A stretch of DNA of 64,000 nucleotides from Candidatus Thalassarchaeum betae (lineage in GTDB: Archaea; Thermoplasmatota; Poseidoniia; Poseidoniales; Thalassarchaeaceae), in the NCBI GenBank assembly GCA_003193925.1, contig PSPG01000008.1, forward strand, positions 32,001 to 96,000, written 5' to 3'. Both the position numbers and the translations under genes were made by a program. The notes under the pieces are model-generated. The model was not told where the DNA came from. It did no database searches and saw nothing but the letters and a program-made list of their open reading frames with translations. This document shows, in pieces, positions 8,897 to 18,465 of this stretch; position 1 is the stretch's first letter; each line of letters opens with the position of its first letter.

Positions 8897-9697
8897 CTAC
8901 AGGTCTTCGGCTGCGACCCAGCCACTCTCGAGCCGCGCGAGCCAAGACTCCCAAGCAACTTGGAACAGCCTACCTTGCGGCCTACCGATAGTCCTGCCAT
9001 CGATAGTACCGACTGCCCGGATGCCCATCCCGCTTCCTACGACCAGCATCTCCGAGGCGCGCAGGATCATGCTCAGCGTGAGCCGGGCTCCGCTGACCGG
9101 GATGCCGGCTGCCTCGAGCGCTGGCCTGATCTGCTCGATGGTAACCGAGTCGAGCGCGCCCTCGCTGTGCAGCGGATGGTAGGCGACGCCGTCGTGATCG
9201 AGCAGCAGCGGTGTGCATCTATCGCCGTCGATGAGGATGTCGTTCTCGAACAGCAGAGCGATGTCGGCGCCGTGCTCGATGGCCGTCTGCCTCGCGTCCC
9301 TGTACGGCTTCCACTCGGCGTGCTTTGTGCCCCTGACGGGCTCTTCCCAGTTGGGGGCTGCGAGGGAGATTGCGGCCAGTGGGGCGTCGGGCCACATCCG
9401 GATGACGACCGGCTCGACGAATATCTCCCCGTTCGCCCTGACTCCCGCTCTGACGAGGAAGGCGGCTTGGTCCGCGCTGCCGTTGGGCTCGCCGGGGTGC
9501 TCCAAGGCACCTAGGGCCTCGAAGACCCTCTCGGCTAGGTTGTCCGGGGCCTCTATGCCCAGGATTGCGGCGTGGCGGGAGATCCTGGCGAAGTGCATGT
9601 CCGCTGCCAGCAGGGACCCCACTCCGTCCCATGCGATAGCCGACCAGACGGCCGAACGAGGGTCGGGCATGCCGTGCGATGGGAATCTTCGCTTCAA
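8897..9697 (-). CDS. Aminotransferase class IV family (4-amino-4-deoxychorismate lyase / D-amino acid aminotransferase-like)
   Basis: 'HFARISRHA', 'GTKH' (candidate PLP lysine), 'ALDSVT', 'AVGTIDG'. Confidence 0.75.
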   Translation of the reverse strand: MKRRFPSHGMPDPRSAVWSAIAWDGVGSLLAADMHFARISRHAAILGIEAPDNLAERVFEALGALEHPGEPNGSADQAAFLVRAGVRANGEIFVEPVVIRMWPDAPLAAISLAAPNWEEPVRGTKHAEWKPYRDARQTAIEHGADIALLFENDILIDGDRCTPLLLDHDGVAYHPLHSEGALDSVTIEQIRPALEAAGIPVSGARLTLSMILRASEMLVVGSGMGIRAVGTIDGRTIGRPQGRLFQVAWESWLARLESGWVAAEDL

Positions 9698-9712
9698 TAC
9701 CTGCCTCGGCGA

Positions 9713-12700
9713 TCAGAGCATGTCGTCTAAGAAGGACGCGTCGACATCCTCGTCCACCTCGTTCAGATCCTCGGCCATGTCACCGAGGTCATCGAAGTCC
9801 AGGTCGTCGGCCATGTCGTCGAGGTCCTCTAGGTCGACGTCACCGGACTCGTCACCAAGCAGCTCGTCGACCACCTCCTCCGAGGCTGCGGGGGCCTCGG
9901 CGTCCTCGTCGACGTCCAGTTGGGCGTCGGATTCGGTAGCGAAGCTAGGAGCGTGCTCGTCGTTGCTTTCGAGAGACTCCTCGGCGTCGCTCAATCCGGC
10001 GGCCTCGCGCGTCATCTCCTCCTCGAGTTCGACTTCGAGCGCACCGAGCTCCCAAGGCTCGGGAGCAGTCGGCTCGCGGGGCCTGATTACCATCAGCGCG
10101 CCGATCAGCACCATCACCGCTGACACCATGGCGATCAGCGTGTTCATGTCGCCGTCCATCAACTGGTCGTACCAGGAATCGCCGGCGCCTCCCTCGCTTC
10201 CCTCGGATGAGCCGAATGACGACTCCGACCATGGTCTGACCTCGAGTGGGTCGACGGCCAGCCGGTGCACCTCGCCGTCGTATGCGACCACGGCTAACCA
10301 GTGGGTCGCCGCGTTGTCCAGCTTCTCGCCCTCGATGTCCGTGAGTATCATCATCGTGGTCGAGTCGTCGAGTGTGCCGACTAGGATGGAGTCGGACGTC
10401 CTCTCGAACGGCTCCTTGCCAATGAATACCATGTAGGACTCGACCTGCGGGTCGTTCACCGCGTCCCAGCGTATCTCGACGTGGCGGCCAGAGGGATTCC
10501 AATTGGCCCGAATCCCGGTTATCTCGGGCAGGTGCAGACCGGGGTCGAGGGAGTTCTCATCGACCAGGCTGATCATCGCCCCCTGGAGGTTGCTGTCCCA
10601 ATAGTTCCCCGAGGTGTCGACCGCGGCCACCACTACCCATACCGGGACCGAAGGTGCCAGCGATCGGCCATCCGACAGGGTCTCGAGGAGAATTGGCATC
10701 TGTGCCTCGCGACCCACGACGAGAGCCGGTTCCATGCCGCCGACACTGTCGAACGGCGCGCCGGCGGAGGCGTAGATCCAGTATTCTCCCACGTCCGAGG
10801 CCTCGCTCTCGAAGAACGAGACCAGCATGCCGTCGCCGTCGTCGGGCGAGCGGTCTCGAAGGAGCGGCGCGGAGAGCCTGTCTGGGGGGGAGATGTCGCC
10901 CCGGTTGTCCAAGGGCGAGACTAGGACCATGTGCTCCTCCATGTCAGTCAGGTACACGTTGCCCAGGATGTCATGGGTCGTCACAGTGACGTACAGTGGT
11001 ATCGAGGGTCGGATCGTCTGGAGTCTGAGGTCCGAGACGGTGTTCCCGTAGAGCGCGCTAGTCACCGTGATCTGGAGCTGGAACGCCCCGCCTATCTGTC
11101 TCTGGTCAATCTCGATGAGGCCGCAGGAAGCGGGGTCGTCGCCGCAGTTAGCCCAGATCTCGGTCAGGTCGTTGAGCGGGTACTCTGAGACCCAGATGAC
11201 GTAGTGGCTGAAGTCGGGCGCGAGCGAGCGGTTCCACATGATGTCGATGGCGGTGCCGTCGTCATCCGGGTGGTCCCATGCGTTGAGTCCGAGGACCCGA
11301 TGAGGAGGTTGTCCCACCCCTGCCACATTGGAGAGGGGAGTGGCATCGACGACGAGGACGTCGTCGAGGTTCTCATTGCCCCAGTCATCAGAGGCTACGA
11401 CACCGACCCAGTACACGATTCCGTTCTCGAGGGGAGAGTCGCCCATCGAGTCGATCACGATCTCGCTCGTGGTGCAGTCGAGGACGTACTCAGCCACTGG
11501 CCATCCGTCGACTGTGGTAGGCGGTTGGAATCCCGAGGCCGGTAGCGCGTAGATCGTGTGGAAAGTGCAGTCCTCCTCGTCGCTCGGAGTCCATGTCACT
11601 AGGATCCTGCCGCCCTCGTCGTCGGGGGCATCGACCGCGGTCGTATCGGTGATCGGGGCTGGTGGGATGCCATCGTCAAGGCCTCCCGCGGTCACGACTG
11701 GGCCCACGATCGTGGCGTTTGCAGCGTCGAACTGCCCGGCCTCGTCGACGCAGACGGCAGCGAACCAGAACGTCTTGCCGGGCTCCAACTGGAGCACTGT
11801 CGAGTTGCCGGTTCCGAAAGCCACATCGATTCCGCCGCTGAGCGCGATAGCGCTGGTAATCGGCTGCTGAACGGCCCATATCCTTGTTCGGTCGGGGTCG
11901 AACTCCATGCAGGCGAACCACTCGACGAAGACCGTTCCAGCCGAGCCTCCCGAGACCGGCTCAGCTGTGAGCCACCCAGGCGGGAACGGCACCTCGTCGG
12001 TCGGAGTGGCGCTATCAGGCCATGACATCGGCAGTCCGATCGAGCCGTCGGGGTACTGGATGGCGATCGCGGCTCTGTACTCCCTGTCGTCCGAGAGCGA
12101 CGTGGCCGTGCCGTCGCGGTCGGCTGTGGTGACGGTGGCAGTCGTCTGCGACCAGAAGTAGATGTGCATGTGGGTGGAGAACTCCGAGAGCTCTTCCTGG
12201 GTCGGCTCCCAGTCGGGATTGTCCGTGGAGTCCCAGACGTAGAGCCCGTAGGCTTGCCAAGCCGCGTCCTCGGCTGGTAGCCAGGAGGCCAGTAGCACGC
12301 CACCTCCGTCATTCGGCCTGTCGATCAGGGAGGTCATCTCAGTCGGGATCTCGACTCGCTCCCAGTCGTAGGTGATGCGGACCTGTATGGTGCCGTTCTG
12401 GGGCGTCTGCATCTGCACGTGCAGTTGAGCCGATGTGGAGCCGGGAGCGAGGTTGGAGATAGCCGTCTGGAACGAGGTCACGATGGTCGGGTTCATCGAT
12501 GCCAGATCCCACGAGCCCGAGTAATTCAGGCTCTTCGACTCGGCCCAGACCCACGCGCCCGACTGGGGGGCCGAGAGCGTGAGCGCCCCGGTGAACAACG
12601 GGAGCTTTCCGGGTAGCCACTGTTCTGCGCCCTGTGGAATCTGAATCGGGTTCTCGTCATTGATCAGTACGGTCGGCATCCCGGGATGAGCAGTGTGCGT

Positions 12701-15700
12701 GATGTCCCACGAGCTGCCAGCGAACAGTGCGAGGAGCGGATTGGCCCTGCGCTGATGTCCCCTGTCCAACTCCCTGAGGCTCTCGACCGGGTTGAAGATG
12801 TGTAGGCCGTCTTGGCCGACGACATACAGCCCGGTGTTGTCAACGTAGGCCGCAGAGAGCCCGGGCAGCAACTCGGAAGCCACGCCCGAGTGGTCACCGC
12901 CCGATTTCACCACATCTATGCCCCTCGGGCTGAGTACGGCGATATAGTCGCCGTCGGAGACCATCTGGAACGGAGGCCAAGACAGCAGCGGGCGCGCTCC
13001 GAGACCAGACTCCATCTCCACCGAGGTGCCGTTCCAGTGAACCAGCGGTTCGCTGGTGGTGGCAATGTGGACGCCCCAGTCGTCGGTCGTTATGGCTCTG
13101 ACATCGTTGTTCGGGATCATGTCGATGTGATACGTCCCGTTGGCGCTGTCTGTAGCGATGTCCCAAGCGACCGCTCCGGGTCTGGTCGAGCCCTGCCCGT
13201 TGTGCGAGATGAACAAGGCAGCGTCATGGTGCAGGACCGTCGTCGAGCCGTCGGGGTTGTTCACCAAGCGGGAGTACGCTTCCGCGTAGGCGATTCCTGA
13301 CACCCTGTTCCCCACGAGTCCGTCAGCGAAGTTGAGAGTGGTGAGGACGGAGAGGTTGTCCTCATGCAGCACCGTCAGCCCTGCTGGGCCCCCAACGAGG
13401 ACTGCGCCATTGCCCTGGATCGGCGTGTCTATGGCAAACAGGTGCTCGATAATCGGGGTCGGCAGTCCGTCGATCGTGGTGATCGGGTCGTCCCAGTCGT
13501 CCCTCGTGGTGTTCCACATCCCTATGCCTCCCATGGTGGCCACCAAGATGTGGTCACCGTACTCCAGGAAATCACTGACGATATCGCTGGGCAGACCGGC
13601 GATGAGGCTGCCGTGACCCCAAGTCCGCGAATCGGTGTAGAAGTTCTGGAAACCGGCAGCTGAGCCTTGGGCGCCCATCAGCCCGACGTACATCGTGTCC
13701 TCGTCATCAGGATCGATAACCATCCCGTCCATCTGCATGTGCAGCGCTGCTGGGGTCGGGGCGAGCACTCGATTGGATATGTCGATGGACCAGAGTCCGC
13801 GTCCAGCGGTGCTGAGCCAGACCTGCTCCCCGTCGAGCTGCATCGAGTTGATGACATCCTGATTGGCGTTGTAGCCGAACTCCCATCTGACAGAGCCATT
13901 GGCCAGAAGCTCGCCCTGCAGCACCGAGGAAGCGTAGTATCCGTTGGAACTCGAGGTGAGGGCGACCCACACGTGGGTCTCGTTGGACTCAAACTCGACT
14001 ACCCTACCGCTAGTGAGACCTGTTAACTCGTCGAAGCCGCTGGCGATCAGGCCCGTGCTGTCGAGCCTGTCGACGCGGTTCAGGCCTGTGGTCTGGCCTG
14101 AGCGGCCGATCGCGTAGACCGGTCCGGTGGCCGAAGGCGCCCTCTCGATTGAGCAGCCGTCCATCCCCGAGTCCAGTATCTGACCGTTGGCGGTGGATGT
14201 GCCGGAGGTGACGATTCTCGATATCCCGCCCGTGTTGATGTACTGGTGGGCTGCCAGCAGGACGTTGTTGTGATGGAGCATGCCACCGGGGAAGATCCGA
14301 TCCTCGGATATGCCATCGCTAGATGTCAGCCTCCTCATGAACAGGTTGGTGTTGTAGTTGTAGCGATCGAAGCCGATGCCCTCGGTGTCGAAGCCGATGT
14401 ACATCACATCGTTATGCTCGTCGCAGGCGATCGCGCGGGGGTCATCGTCCGAGAGTCCCTGACTGCTGTCCGTCATCGGTGCGATCCACTCATGGGTGAT
14501 TCCGTCGTGATCCCAGTCTGCTAGGTCGAACCTCGCGATGCCCCCTTGGTTGCCCCACCATGAGAGCCTGCCGATGGCGACGTGGATGATGTCGTTGCAT
14601 AGCTGGATGTCGGCTGGGTAGCCGTTGGGGATGTCACCGGTGCCTAGCTCCCACGTGGTCCAGTTGTCCGTGGCATCGTCCAAGCGCATGATCTCGGAGT
14701 TGGAGTTCCAGCCCCCCTGATAGGATCCGACCCACAGGTCGTTGTCAATCAGGGACATCGAGTAGAACTGCTCCTCGGAGCCCGAAGGCAACCCGTCGTC
14801 CTCGACCCATGAGGAGAGCCAGCTCTCATTGAGCGGGTCCCACCTCAGGATGCCGTTCATGCTCGCGAACACGTAGGTTCCGTTCCACTCCTCCATTCCC
14901 CTGATGGGCCCTTCGATGTCGTACCACTCATTCAGAAGCGTCATGTTGGACGCTTGGAACCTCCTCATGATGTTGTTCCCGTAGGCCACCCACAACTCAC
15001 AGGAGTTGGTGGCGACGGGGAAGCAGTCGCCGAGGAAGCGCGCGTTGACCCTCTGAATGTTGCCGATGGTGTCCAGATTTTCGGCCCAGGACTCGTTGGA
15101 AGCGTTCCAACGAACTATGGTCCCAACACCATTATTGTTGGACTGTGGCCTAGCGCCGATCCACAACTCCTCACCGACGGTACCGATGCCGTGGACGACG
15201 GTGGAACTGCCAATCTGGAGAGCGACATAGAGTGTGCTCAGGCTTGTATTGTTGTCGAGGTTGATGCGAAATATCTCACCGTTGGTGGCCCACCACGAAT
15301 TGCTCCTCTGCAGCGAGTAGTGCAGGACGTTGCCGATAATCTCGATGTCAGCTGGAGGAGTGTCCGACAGCGTCGGGCCATCGGTGTTCGGGCCACGGTT
15401 CCAGCTCTTTAGGACCGTGTCGTTCACCACGTCGATGAGAGTCAGGCCGAAGTCACCGCCGGCCCACATGGTGCCAGCGCTGCGCCCGTGGACGAGCGTG
15501 GTGACATCATCATCATCGATGTACCCCTGAGTGCCGTCCCAAGCCTGCAACCACTCCTGGTTGACCAAGTCGTAGCGCGCGATGCCGGTGTTCTCGAAGC
15601 CGAGGTAGAGGATGTCGCCTATCTTCACGGTGCGGGCCCGCTGGGTGTCGTCACCGGCCGACCAGACTTCTATCACGGAGCCGTTGATGGTGTTGATGAT

Positions 15701-18274
15701 CGCAGCGCCGTTGTTAGTGCCGGCGTAGAGCCTGTCGGTGCCGATCCTGGCCACCGAGGATACGAAGCGGGAGGGCATCCCGTCCTGATTGCTGACGCAC
15801 TGCTGGAGATCGTAGCTCCAGTTCCATATGCATGCCCCGCGGTTGGATCCGGCGTAAATGCCGTCCGCATCGCTGGTGATGTCGTAGAACACGAACGGGT
15901 CATTGCCCCAGCCGGGTATTGAGGTCGGCAGCATCTGCCAGTTGCTGCCATCCCAGCGAGACAGTCCACCATTGTTCTGGGATCCTGAATTCGCGACGCT
16001 TGAGCCGACCAGCAGACCGCCGTAGAAATCCATGTGCAGCGACAGAACGTCGTCGTCAGGCAGGCTGCCGTCCTGCGTCCAGTGGTCGGAGATGTCGCCG
16101 GTGAGGCGGTCGATCACCAGGATGCCGAATCCGGTCAGCCCGAGGTACAGCGTGTCACCGTCGACGGCCACGGGGGTAGCTTGGAGATTGTCCGCGCCCA
16201 GTGACTGCCACGAGCCGAGGATGGAGACGTCGAACAGGTCGACCCTCATCACGCCGGCGTCGGGGGTCGCGATGTACGCGATGCCGTAGCGCGTAGCGAC
16301 TTCGCTCACGAAGTCGGAGTCGAGGCCGTCCTCGGTGGTCATGACATCGATCAGTGTGTTCGTCGAGGTGTTGATGAGGGAGATTCCAGACTCGAAGTGC
16401 CCGACGACCAGCGTGTTCGAGTTCGCATCGTGAGCGAGGCTCGAGATGAGATCCGAACTGATTCCCTGGGCCGTTCCCTGGAAGTTGCCATTACCGGCTC
16501 CGAATCTCAGCAGTCCCGCACTGAGGGTGCCCACCCAGACCATTCCCTGGGGATCCTGCACGATAGAGGTGACAGCCGTTGGGGCCCAGACAAAGTCAGA
16601 GAGGTCGATCGGGGCCAGCCACGTCTGGGCGGCCTTGTCGAACCTGTCGATGACGTAGCCGCCTGCGACCCATATCTCGCCGTGCTCGCCGTCGTCGATG
16701 TGCGTGACGACCTCCATCGTCGACGAGAACGGGCTGCTGACCAGCACCATGGTGCCGTCCAGAGACTCCCCGACCTGGCGAGCCAGAGTCCCCGAGCCAT
16801 CGCTGACGAGGACGGTGCCTGAATCGGGGCCGCGGTGGCCTTCCGACGGCCAAGCCACGATTGACTCAGCGGAGCTCAGCAGACCCATGTCGGAAACCTG
16901 CCTCTGCGAGCGGAACAGCATGGCGGTGGTGTCGTAGGAGTGTATGGTGTTGGCAGCGAGGATGTGCAGCCAGTCAGCTGTCAAGGCCAGACCGCGAATC
17001 ACGTTCGACGCGAGCCAGTTGTTGGTGGACCATGTGGCGAGCCACGACGAGGCTGCGACGTTATATCGGTTCACGCCGCCGCCTATCGTGGCGATCAGCA
17101 GATGATCGCCCAGCAACTCGAACTGCGTAATCTGATTGCTAGTCAGGTAGTTCGCGGTGCTCCATTGCGTGTTGCTATCGATTGAGATTTGGAGCGGTAG
17201 CGATTCCATCGTTGAGTACTCGATGACTCGGACGCCGCTCCCTGCGGTTCCGATGTAGATGGTGTCGGCGATGATGATCATGTCCGTCGGAACCTCCATC
17301 GAGTCGCTCGAGCAGAAACTGACCTCGGTCCAAGAGGTCTCACCGGGGGTGAGGTGGTGCAAATTGCAGTCAGTCGCCGCCCACACCGTCCCGTATGCAT
17401 CGACGGAGACGGACCGTATTGGCACTGCGTCCTCGATCGCTATCAGATTCTCGAGCTCGGCAGAGTCAGACAGGCGCCGTGACAGGATCTCGCCATCCTC
17501 AGTCCCGATGAGAAGTCTGTTCTCATCCACGTCGAGAGCGATGCTTCGACCCTGGATATCGTAATCGATGTCGATGATCCTCTTGTGCATTTGGTCGTCG
17601 AGGTGTAGCATATCGTCATCGAGAAGCACGTACAGCCGGCCGTCGTGCGGATTGACCGCGCTGTCGTGAATCACCACGTTCAGCGATGAGAACGAGACCC
17701 TGGGGTCAGCCGGGCGAAGGGCCTCGATGACGAGGTCCTCGATGGTCACGCCACTCGGCAGCAGCCACGAGGCGTCGCTGACCGAGTTGGGCTGCAGCCA
17801 GGTGTCGAGGAGACCGCCTTCGACCTCGGGCGGATTATTGGAGAACGAGTTCTGACGGCCGAGATCGCCGTAGTCCCGCCAGTCGAGGATCGGTGTCTGG
17901 GTGTCAAGCAGAGTGATCTGCGGCTCACTCGCCCAGTAGCCCTCACTCCCATCGACTGCGATCTCGAAGGTGAAGTTGTCCAGCAGGGCCCCCGGAGCGA
18001 AGTCGAGGAAGAGGTCGGCATAGGCCAGAGTGCCGCTCGCGGGATCGGCTCCCGTTGCCTCAAGGGAGATCCAACCGGTGTCATTACTGCCTCCCGCACC
18101 CCAAACCTTCGGAGTGGCACGGCTGTCATCAGTCCCGCCGTCGAGATCGCTAGAAGTCATCGCCGACCAGGGCAGCGTAACCATGAGCATTACCAACAGC
18201 AGGGCTAGCCTCTGCTGAGCGCGGTAATTGGACGAATGCGCCGACAGCACGCAACTCCGCCTCTTTGTGGACAT
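9713..18274 (-). CDS. Giant (~2850 aa) cell-surface protein: signal/TM segment, multiple beta-propellers, FN3-like repeats, C-terminal TM anchor and acidic cytoplasmic tail
   Basis: Repeated 'DGLPS..V..' propeller blades; 'D.PDD.G..I.V.W' repeats; TM 'LIAMVSAVMVLIGALMVIR'; start moved to ATG 18274 ahead of the hydrophobic leader. Confidence 0.85.
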   Translation of the reverse strand: MSTKRRSCVLSAHSSNYRAQQRLALLLVMLMVTLPWSAMTSSDLDGGTDDSRATPKVWGAGGSNDTGWISLEATGADPASGTLAYADLFLDFAPGALLDNFTFEIAVDGSEGYWASEPQITLLDTQTPILDWRDYGDLGRQNSFSNNPPEVEGGLLDTWLQPNSVSDASWLLPSGVTIEDLVIEALRPADPRVSFSSLNVVIHDSAVNPHDGRLYVLLDDDMLHLDDQMHKRIIDIDYDIQGRSIALDVDENRLLIGTEDGEILSRRLSDSAELENLIAIEDAVPIRSVSVDAYGTVWAATDCNLHHLTPGETSWTEVSFCSSDSMEVPTDMIIIADTIYIGTAGSGVRVIEYSTMESLPLQISIDSNTQWSTANYLTSNQITQFELLGDHLLIATIGGGVNRYNVAASSWLATWSTNNWLASNVIRGLALTADWLHILAANTIHSYDTTAMLFRSQRQVSDMGLLSSAESIVAWPSEGHRGPDSGTVLVSDGSGTLARQVGESLDGTMVLVSSPFSSTMEVVTHIDDGEHGEIWVAGGYVIDRFDKAAQTWLAPIDLSDFVWAPTAVTSIVQDPQGMVWVGTLSAGLLRFGAGNGNFQGTAQGISSDLISSLAHDANSNTLVVGHFESGISLINTSTNTLIDVMTTEDGLDSDFVSEVATRYGIAYIATPDAGVMRVDLFDVSILGSWQSLGADNLQATPVAVDGDTLYLGLTGFGILVIDRLTGDISDHWTQDGSLPDDDVLSLHMDFYGGLLVGSSVANSGSQNNGGLSRWDGSNWQMLPTSIPGWGNDPFVFYDITSDADGIYAGSNRGACIWNWSYDLQQCVSNQDGMPSRFVSSVARIGTDRLYAGTNNGAAIINTINGSVIEVWSAGDDTQRARTVKIGDILYLGFENTGIARYDLVNQEWLQAWDGTQGYIDDDDVTTLVHGRSAGTMWAGGDFGLTLIDVVNDTVLKSWNRGPNTDGPTLSDTPPADIEIIGNVLHYSLQRSNSWWATNGEIFRINLDNNTSLSTLYVALQIGSSTVVHGIGTVGEELWIGARPQSNNNGVGTIVRWNASNESWAENLDTIGNIQRVNARFLGDCFPVATNSCELWVAYGNNIMRRFQASNMTLLNEWYDIEGPIRGMEEWNGTYVFASMNGILRWDPLNESWLSSWVEDDGLPSGSEEQFYSMSLIDNDLWVGSYQGGWNSNSEIMRLDDATDNWTTWELGTGDIPNGYPADIQLCNDIIHVAIGRLSWWGNQGGIARFDLADWDHDGITHEWIAPMTDSSQGLSDDDPRAIACDEHNDVMYIGFDTEGIGFDRYNYNTNLFMRRLTSSDGISEDRIFPGGMLHHNNVLLAAHQYINTGGISRIVTSGTSTANGQILDSGMDGCSIERAPSATGPVYAIGRSGQTTGLNRVDRLDSTGLIASGFDELTGLTSGRVVEFESNETHVWVALTSSSNGYYASSVLQGELLANGSVRWEFGYNANQDVINSMQLDGEQVWLSTAGRGLWSIDISNRVLAPTPAALHMQMDGMVIDPDDEDTMYVGLMGAQGSAAGFQNFYTDSRTWGHGSLIAGLPSDIVSDFLEYGDHILVATMGGIGMWNTTRDDWDDPITTIDGLPTPIIEHLFAIDTPIQGNGAVLVGGPAGLTVLHEDNLSVLTTLNFADGLVGNRVSGIAYAEAYSRLVNNPDGSTTVLHHDAALFISHNGQGSTRPGAVAWDIATDSANGTYHIDMIPNNDVRAITTDDWGVHIATTSEPLVHWNGTSVEMESGLGARPLLSWPPFQMVSDGDYIAVLSPRGIDVVKSGGDHSGVASELLPGLSAAYVDNTGLYVVGQDGLHIFNPVESLRELDRGHQRRANPLLALFAGSSWDITHTAHPGMPTVLINDENPIQIPQGAEQWLPGKLPLFTGALTLSAPQSGAWVWAESKSLNYSGSWDLASMNPTIVTSFQTAISNLAPGSTSAQLHVQMQTPQNGTIQVRITYDWERVEIPTEMTSLIDRPNDGGGVLLASWLPAEDAAWQAYGLYVWDSTDNPDWEPTQEELSEFSTHMHIYFWSQTTATVTTADRDGTATSLSDDREYRAAIAIQYPDGSIGLPMSWPDSATPTDEVPFPPGWLTAEPVSGGSAGTVFVEWFACMEFDPDRTRIWAVQQPITSAIALSGGIDVAFGTGNSTVLQLEPGKTFWFAAVCVDEAGQFDAANATIVGPVVTAGGLDDGIPPAPITDTTAVDAPDDEGGRILVTWTPSDEEDCTFHTIYALPASGFQPPTTVDGWPVAEYVLDCTTSEIVIDSMGDSPLENGIVYWVGVVASDDWGNENLDDVLVVDATPLSNVAGVGQPPHRVLGLNAWDHPDDDGTAIDIMWNRSLAPDFSHYVIWVSEYPLNDLTEIWANCGDDPASCGLIEIDQRQIGGAFQLQITVTSALYGNTVSDLRLQTIRPSIPLYVTVTTHDILGNVYLTDMEEHMVLVSPLDNRGDISPPDRLSAPLLRDRSPDDGDGMLVSFFESEASDVGEYWIYASAGAPFDSVGGMEPALVVGREAQMPILLETLSDGRSLAPSVPVWVVVAAVDTSGNYWDSNLQGAMISLVDENSLDPGLHLPEITGIRANWNPSGRHVEIRWDAVNDPQVESYMVFIGKEPFERTSDSILVGTLDDSTTMMILTDIEGEKLDNAATHWLAVVAYDGEVHRLAVDPLEVRPWSESSFGSSEGSEGGAGDSWYDQLMDGDMNTLIAMVSAVMVLIGALMVIRPREPTAPEPWELGALEVELEEEMTREAAGLSDAEESLESNDEHAPSFATESDAQLDVDEDAEAPAASEEVVDELLGDESGDVDLEDLDDMADDLDFDDLGDMAEDLNEVDEDVDASFLDDML

Positions 18275-18465
18275 TATGAAAGAAGTGGGTCGATGTTTCT
18301 GACATGCTCGGTCCGCCGAAGGCGGAATAACCGAAAATAAAAACGATTTGAAACCTTTCGATATCGCTTCCTCACAGGCCGATAATGCGTGTTTTCTCAT
18401 TAGGATAGCATCATAGCAGAGGGGTGTGCCCGAAGGGCCCCGGGGGTGGGATCCTGAACGATGAC

